A DNA stretch of 64,000 nt from positions 62,001 through 126,000 of the forward strand of contig NIVC01000356.1 in the NCBI GenBank assembly GCA_002269645.1. The letters run 5' to 3'. How positions within the stretch are numbered: the first letter of the stretch is position 1; each line of letters starts with the position of its first letter. The translations under genes and the position numbers were made by a program. The stretch is from Macrostomum lignano. Taxonomy: Eukaryota. The notes under the pieces are model-generated. The model had not been told where the DNA came from and did no database searches. It was given only the letters and a program-made list of their open reading frames with translations. Positions 56,600 through 64,000 of this stretch are shown piece after piece.

Positions 56600-57640
56600 A
56601 TCTTTAAAAGCTACTTTATCCTTAAGCCTAGCCTTAATTTGTCTAACAATATAGCTTTCCCTTATCTTAATCATAATCCTTTAAAGAATCTAGTAGCTCT
56701 ATAACCCTAATCCTTTAAGTAATCTATCCTCTCTCTTATCTTAATCATCTAAGAAATTTAGCCACTTTCCTATCTCAATCCTCTAGGAATTTAGCTGCTT
56801 TCTTATCTAAATCTTCTAGGGCATCTAGCCACTCCCAATTCCCAATCTTCTGGGGAATTCAGCCACCCTCCCTTCTCAATCCTCTAGGGAATCCAGCTGC
56901 TTTCTTATCCAGATCTTCTAAGGAATCCAGGCACTCCCCTTTCCCAATCCTCTGAATAATCTAGCTGCTTTCTTATCCAAATCCTTTAGGGAATCCAGCC
57001 ACTTCTCTTTCCCAATCCTCTAGAAAATCCAGCCACTCCATTTTCCCAATCCTCTAGGAAATTTAGCTGCTTTTTTATCCAAATCCTCTAGAGAATCTAG
57101 CCACTCCTCTTTCCTAATCCTCTAGGGAATATAGCCCCTCCTCTTTACAAACCCTCTGCGGAATCTAGCCAATCCCCTTTCCTAATCCTTTGGGGAATCT
57201 AGCCACTCCCCTTCCCAATACTCTAGGGAATTTAGCTGCTTTCTTATCCAAATCCTCTAGGGAATCTAGCCACTCCCCTTTACAAATCTTTTAGGGAATC
57301 CAGCCACTCCCCATTCCCAATCCTCTGGGGAATCTAGCCACTCCCCTTTCCTAATCCTCTGGGGAATCCAGCCACTCCCCTTTCCTAATCCTCTGGGGAA
57401 TCTAGCCACTCACCTTTCCTAATCCTTTGGGGAATCCAGCCACTCCCCTTTCCTAATCCTCTGGGGAATCCAGCCACTCACCTTTCCTAATCCTCTGGGG
57501 AATCTAGAGACTCCCCTTTCCTAATCCTCTGGGGAATCCAGAGACTCCCCTTTCCTAATCCTCTGGGGAATCCAGCCACTCCCCTTTCCTAATCCTCTGG
57601 GGAATCCAATCCAGCCACTCCCCATTCCCAATCCTCTGGG
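56600..57640 (+). repeat. About 34-bp minisatellite (CCAGCCACTCCCCTTTCCTAATCCTCTGGGGAAT) decaying leftwards
   Basis: Homogeneous at 57300-57640 and increasingly AT-shifted towards 56600. Confidence 0.85.
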
Positions 57641-58029
57641 GAATCTGGTATCTGGTTTAATATTTAATTTGATTTAATAATATTTTAGGACATGTAACAT
57701 TGTAAGAGTTTAATATTTGGCATAGGAAATAAGTTGAAATTTAGCTTTCATTTGACACATCTAATATGCTAATTAGGTTCATTAATAATAACTAATTGGA
57801 GATGCAGTGAATTATGATTAGATTATTATGATTATTATGTTATTATATTATGATTAATGGAGTCATGGACCTGACCTCTTTTATCAATTTAAGCAGCATC
57901 CTTGCAGACCTTGCTCATGATCATAAATGCTGCATTCCTATACATACAATGCATTGCTTGGGTGCGCGTGCGCGGTCATTTCGTATGCCGCCTTTTCGTC
58001 TGCCGGCAGACGAAACGACTTTCTAAAAG

Positions 58030-58622
58030 GGCAGTGCTTATCCCCACGGTACCGTAGGAATAATTTCTGTCTTATTCCAACGGTACCGTGGGGATAATTT
58101 TCTGCTTATCCGCACGGCACACTGACGAGATAGCTGCCTATCTTCTACATATGCCGTGGGTTCATAATTTAGTTTAGTACTTACGGTTTGAGTGCAATAT
58201 AACAACATAACTTTGCTTGGCTATTATTTTGATAGAAGTAAAGATTTAATGGCCTTTTTACGCAAAAAAAACACTTTTTTGTATTTATGACGTATGATTT
58301 AAGATGAATTGCTCTAGTAATTGTTTACAATTTAAGAACTTTTAGCAACTAGTCTAATCCCGACATCCCCGAAAAGTCCATTGCCGCTGCTTCTGTAGAC
58401 TTCTTACTAGACATGTAAATTCTCAATTTGTTTGTATAGATTATTGCATTGCTTCAACAATTCACCCGTGCGGATAAGCAGAAAATTATTCCCACGGCAT
58501 ATGTAGAAGATGGGGCAGCTATCTCGTCAATGTGCCGTGCGGATAAGCAGAAAATTATCCCCACGGTACCGTTGGAATAAGACAGAAATTATTCCTACGG
58601 TACCGTGGGGATAAGCACTGCC
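58030..58622. mobile_element. MITE with about 130-bp TIRs (GGCAGTGCTTATCCCCACGGTACCG...), MULE- or Merlin-like
   Basis: Long terminal inverted repeats and a 9-bp TSD TTCTAAAAG at 58021-58029 and 58623-58631. Confidence 0.88.
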
Positions 58623-59427
58623 TTCTAAAAGACTTGCTCCTAAAACTGCTCCCAAATAAAAATTAAATTTTATGAATTTAAAATATTTTTTTCCTAGATT
58701 TTTATTAGAAACACTTATTTATTGCAAAAACCTTTAACTGATACTGATTTAATTTTGTTTCAAAAACATTTAACTAAAAGTCTTATACGTGTCGAAAAAA
58801 GACAGCTAGATTAATTTTTTAGTAAAAGTTATCTAAATTTTAGTTTAATTTGTAAATTTTCCTAGAAACCATTTTTTATTTTCGCTGCGGCATCGAATTA
58901 TTAATTCTACTCTAGCTACTCTCTTCATAGGGGTAACCCCATAAACCGTTTCGGCTATGTACACTTCGACCCAAACAAACTAATTGGACCAGTTTGGCCA
59001 AGCCAAGGTGGCAAGTACGAATGCCAAAACTTGGAGAAAGTTGACATATCTTTTTCTTTTTCTTTTAGTATATATGGTTTTACCAAAACCCTTTCTCAAT
59101 CTCACCCTCTGATTCAAATGGCTTATCGCGCTTTTGAAAGGAATGACTTTCTTAGAAAAAAACTTAATATTTCACAATTTTAATATTTCTAATAAACACA
59201 ATTGATTGTAATAACTAATAATAATAACTCGTGTTTTAGCAACAATTCATTTTTATTTCAATATAACAATATTACATATTAAAACTAAAAATTAGGCCCT
59301 AGTATTGAAAAAATACTAAATTTAAGATACATATGTACATGTATCTAGATGTATCTGTAAATTACATACATATAATTCACTAGGCCTTTTTGGCCGAAAT
59401 TTTAGCTTTAGCCTATAGCAGCATAGC

Positions 59428-60333
59428 TAGGGATTCCAAAATCCCAACATTTTACAATCCCGGGATTGAATAGTCCCGAAATCCCGATGCTGTTGAAATC
59501 CCGGGATTCAAAATCCCGGAATCCCGGTGCTTTTGCAATCCTGGGATTAAAATCCCGGGATTCGATTCCCAAAAAATCCCGGGATTCAAATCCCGGATTT
59601 TTGGCCCCAATCCCGGGATCCCGGAATCCCGGGATTGGAATCCTAAGACGGACTGTGCGGCGTGCCGCGTGCAGTAGTCATCGTCTCGCGACTCTCAGAG
59701 TCTCAGGGCCTTTTCATATTACCAATTCCAGAACCAGAATCGGTTCGGAATTCCAAGAAAAACAGCAGTATAACTATTAAACTCTGTTAATATTTGACTG
59801 CCTTAACAGCCTCACTTTGCACGATTTTTCACTTTCTTTTTGGCGACTGTCATTCAATGATAAAAACGTTATAGCACGTATCTCCCTCTAGTTATGGAGA
59901 CAAAAAGTTATACTTCACAAATTGGTTCTGGTTCTGGAACCAGAACAAGCACTATGAAAAGGCCCTCAGTCTCGTCTCGTGGTGTAAAACGAAAAAAAGT
60001 TAAAATTATCTATCATTTACAGTTCACATTAACAATTTTAGCTCAATTAGGACAGGAGCATTGCAAAATGTTTAACGTTTCATTGAGAAACAGCAAAAAC
60101 AAATAAATGTTTTATTATTCAAATAAACATTTAGACTTTAAATTATCTAATTTAGGCATTGAAAGGTTGTTCTAATCCCGGACCAATCCCGGGATTAAGG
60201 CCTTGAAATCCCGGGATCCCGATCCCAGACTTTTGCAATCCCGGGATTCGATTCCTAAAAAAATCCCGGGATTCAAATCCCGGATTTTTGGCCCCAATCC
60301 TGGGATCCCGGGATCCCGGGATTGGAATCCCTA
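59428..60333. mobile_element. hAT-type non-autonomous element with CCGGGAT subterminal repeats (composite)
   Basis: TIR TAGGGATTCCAA/TTGGAATCCCTA and an 8-bp TSD AGCATAGC at 59420-59427 and 60334-60341. Confidence 0.87.
59705..59966. mobile_element. Small nested MITE-like element with 14-bp TIR AGGGCCTTTTCATA
   Basis: Perfect inverted 14-mers at 59705-59718 and 59953-59966, plus subterminal CCAGAACCAGAA inverted motifs. The TSD is imperfect (GAGTCTC/CAGTCTC). Confidence 0.55.
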
Positions 60334-63300
60334 AGCATAGCCGGCAATCCTGAAGATTCCTACGTTTAATTATTTTATGGAATTATTTCACCCTCTATTC
60401 AAGGGTGGTGGGGGTGGGGATTATAATTAAATGCGGGAATCTTCAGGATAACCGCATAGCCTATAGCCAAATTAGTTTATAGGCAAAACAGACTATGGGC
60501 AAAATGGTCTAAGGACAAAATGTCCATGGCCAAAACAGTTTAAGGGTGAAACAACCAGATTTCTACATAGGTAGGTACTAAAAGTATAGGCCTAATAATC
60601 TGACTTTTTATTTTCAAATCAGAGAAATATAATATTCCTATAGCCTAGGCCAAATACCAATAGGCCAATTCACAAAGTTTATTAGCTCTTTGCTATTGCC
60701 TATTGGCAATTTCTAATATGCAAATTAAGTTTTAAAAAAATTGGCTAGTAAAGGCACACTTGATCCTTTTTCATTTGGCTTTTATTACAGTTATGAGCTA
60801 AGCCAAGGTTAAAACTAGGGAATACAAATAATCCTAGAAATGGCTAGGATCATAGAATCTTTGGATTTGACCCAAATCTTAGGATTAATCCCAGGATTTC
60901 AATTATGTCTAAATCCTAGGATTGACCATTAGGATCCCAATTCCACTTTGTAATTATTTAGTCTATCATTTTTGATTCTTACATAGTATTAGTAGTAGTA
61001 TATGTAGCTGTAAACCTATAAATACTTATCTAAATAGATAAAAATCATAACCTATGTAGTTGTCTTGCTTTGATCTAATTATCTAGCTAGTGAATAAAAG
61101 GTATAACCAGGTCTACAAGGATACATAATTAAAGTAAAGCTATCAATAGATTGTAACGTTTTAAGGAGATTTATTAAAGTGTAAGAATAAAGTGTATAAT
61201 TATAACATAAAAGCCAATCTCTTATTGTTTTAGATCATAGTGCTTGCCAAATGGGAGTTAAATCATTGTTCATTTAAACTTATTCTCTATTTCAAACCTA
61301 TCTAAAAGTAAAACTAGGGTTCTTAATTTTTCCTTGCCCAGATCAGACTTTAGAAGCCCTTTATACATAGGACCATTCTTACAACTTTCAAGACACCCTT
61401 TAGATCCCTAGCATAGGGGTGGTAGTAGAACTATTTTAAGTAATCCCTAGGCCTACCTTAAAAACTCCTTGGTGTTGGCCATAATTGGGATTAAAATAAT
61501 AGGACCTTGCTATTAGAGCATAAACCAAGCTAGTAATTTTCTATTTAGGATAAGTGCCTTACTAGGTAACTAGGAGGGTAAGGTTTGTTCCATTTCTACG
61601 AGTAGTATTAGTACTTCAGGCCATAGTTCTATAAGCTATCATTCTCCAAGTTATATCACAATCAAATGTGAATTTCTTGAGCTGATATTGGCATATAAAG
61701 CATGTCAATTATGCTAGCCTATACATTGCATACCAATTCAAAGCTCAGTATCAGTTTCTTGTTTGCCAAATATATTATTTTATTTTATTTTTATCACAGA
61801 AAGCCTTTTAAAATCAGATTAGATGGCTTTGTAAACCAAAATTTGTATTAACAAAGATTAGAAACTTTTTCAATCTCAGGATTGTCAAAGTCCAAGATAT
61901 CCCAACCCTAAGAATCCTAAGATTTTTCAAGTCTGACTGTCTAGGATATCCCAATCTTGAGAATCCTGGGATTGGCAAACTTAGAATTTTGTATTCCCTA
62001 GTCTGAACTATGTTAGGCCCATGCCTCCTTTTCCTGCACTATAATGTACTAGGCCTAGCACAAGTCCCAAAGATCAATGATTTGGTAAATGGTGCATTCT
62101 CTTCCCTGTGCCCCTGTGAAATATTTTAAAATATGTGGTTGTTCTTCTGGTCTCTCACTTCTATGGCTCTAGGTCTACTTCAAATATCAATGTGAGAGCC
62201 AAATAACTGAGGCCGCAAATTCAACTGACTTTTCCTGATAATGCAAACACTTGATGTTAACTTACAGACCATTGTATTTGATAGTTGCAATCCACGTGCT
62301 CCTGATCTACTACAATGCGATAAAATTTTATGGAAGCTCAACTCGAGAGAACAAGAAGGACAGCCGACCAATGGTGATGGGTGTGCCAATGGCTGTGGCA
62401 GTTGGAAGTATTGCTACAAGATGGCTGGCCATGGGACACAAAGCAGGGCAAACGGCAAGGCCTTGGGCTGCTGTTTTTTTCAGATGGCTGATCACGCCAG
62501 TGCGCAAGTGGTGTGAGCGCCGCCTTGAATCGTGGCAAGAGCTCCAGCATGTAGAAGAGGAGTTTGTGGTGGGATGTTGTTGGGGTAATTTTATTTTGGT
62601 TTAATTTGAATTATGGGAATAACTAACTTGAAGTTGGGGTGACTTTAGTTTGACTTCTTTTTTGTAATTTTTGTGTAGTTTTCTGTATATATATATAATT
62701 GGATAACTTATCAGTTGATATATTGTTGTTACAATAACCCTTTTTGTGTGTAAATTTTGTAAAATACATAACTAAAACTGACCTGTTTAACTTTTTTAAA
62801 TAAACACAGGCTGCTTAAAGGGGGAGTGGGGAAATATGGGCATAGTTCTATTTTAATAAAGTAGATAATAGATAGCATAAATGTAGTTTTTTGTAAAGCT
62901 ACTAGCAAAATAACTAGGATACAAGCTATATGGGTTACCAAACAGCTTTTGTCACTGGCAATTGGGAGATAGGAGAAAAGTTGAGGTTAATTCGGTCGTA
63001 ATCCATCATGCAAAACAGGAAATGACTAGGGAAAGATCCCAGGAGAAGTTGGTTGTCAGAGATTGCGGAAAAACATTGCTGAACCAGTAATTAGATGGCA
63101 CAATAAGACTGGCCTGGACAGTTTGATTACTGAAAGGATTTTCTTGGGGGAAGATTAGGGGGCATGCAAAGTCTAGCTTAGGCAGTTCAATTAAGATAGT
63201 TTTTTTCAGGAGGCTGAGTAAACACACAAGAAAATCCTCAGCCTTCTGAATGATTTATAGGGAGCAGATATCAGGATCACCAATCCAGTAAGGGCTTTGG

Positions 63301-63847
63301 TCAATAAGAAGTGATGGATGAGGCGTGTAGGCTTTTCAAACAGTAGATCTGAGGCTTTAAATCATGGAAAATGATTAATAGTCAGGCAAGCGGCCTGACT
63401 AAAGCAGTACATAACTGCTTTTCATTGGTTGAAGTTGGGGTCGTGTTCTCAGCTTTTGCTAGTTGGAGCGCATTCATTGGTTGAAATACATTCAATCTGG
63501 ATGGGAACTTTCTAGAGCAAAAATGTGTCACTTCACCTGCCCCATGCCATTACCATGTGCAGTGCTAACTGCTATATGACACACCATTGCTAGGGGCCAA
63601 TCTGCAATGGATGCTATTTGCAATAATGACCATTGGCTACAATAGGGTCAGGCGATGGGAATATTTCATAGGCATATAGAAATTACACTTTCTAGGACAA
63701 GCCTTTTGCTGGGCATACTAACCTAGTCCTAGGCTATTAAATTAGTCATGTCATGTGTATATCAATTATAACAAAAAACAAAAATATCAAAAGTCAAGCC
63801 ACATGTTTTTCATGCACTAATTCAATTATTCAGTCCAGACGCGCACA

Positions 63848-64000
63848 ATGGACAGTCTAATTAATGCATTAAAAAGTCGGCTGCCACCATCGCACATGGA
63901 TTTCGAAGGTCAGCGTCGTGCTGAAACTGCCTTTCAATGGGTGTTGGGCATTTTTGCCACTATTGGCTTTGCGTGCGGCTATGCCTACCAGCAATTCTCG
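63848..64000 (+). CDS. SPCS1: Signal peptidase complex subunit 1 (SPC12), N-terminal part, runs off the window
   Basis: MDSLINALKSRLPPSHMDFEGQRRAETAFQWVLGIFATIGFACGYAYQQFS matches the SPCS1 motif MD(F/Y)xGQxxAE..GF..GY..QQF. Confidence 0.9.
   Translation, partial: MDSLINALKSRLPPSHMDFEGQRRAETAFQWVLGIFATIGFACGYAYQQFS

Overview
Eukaryotic (metazoan) genomic DNA with GC-rich coding exons, AT-rich spacers and introns filled with minisatellites. The style suggests a free-living flatworm such as Macrostomum, but that is inference only. Seven host genes can be assembled by hand from splice sites and reading frame: a 9-exon SLC5/SGLT-type Na+ symporter (+), a secreted PAN/apple-like + fibrinogen-C protein (-), TAF1B/Rrn7 (-), a BIR-UBA-RING IAP-like gene (-), dephospho-CoA kinase DCAKD (-), a TEN1-like OB-fold protein (-) and the start of SPCS1 (+). 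Mobile DNA is abundant. It includes a near-intact BEL/Pao LTR retrotransposon, a non-autonomous TRIM-like LTR element, and a Penelope-like element with two minimal hammerhead ribozymes that is itself interrupted by a LOA-like LINE inside a TAF1B intron. There are also two tRNA-headed SINE families (one CORE-type) and MULE-, hAT- and MITE-type DNA elements with clear TSDs. Most ORF-track entries are translations of tandem repeats and are not genes. The most notable signals are: the covarying hammerhead pair with (TATC)n-associated Penelope ends; the TRIM-like element; sense-strand intronic arrays whose units read GT...YAG; inverted arrays flanking an in-frame SLC5 exon; and age-graded CpG decay in one hAT family.
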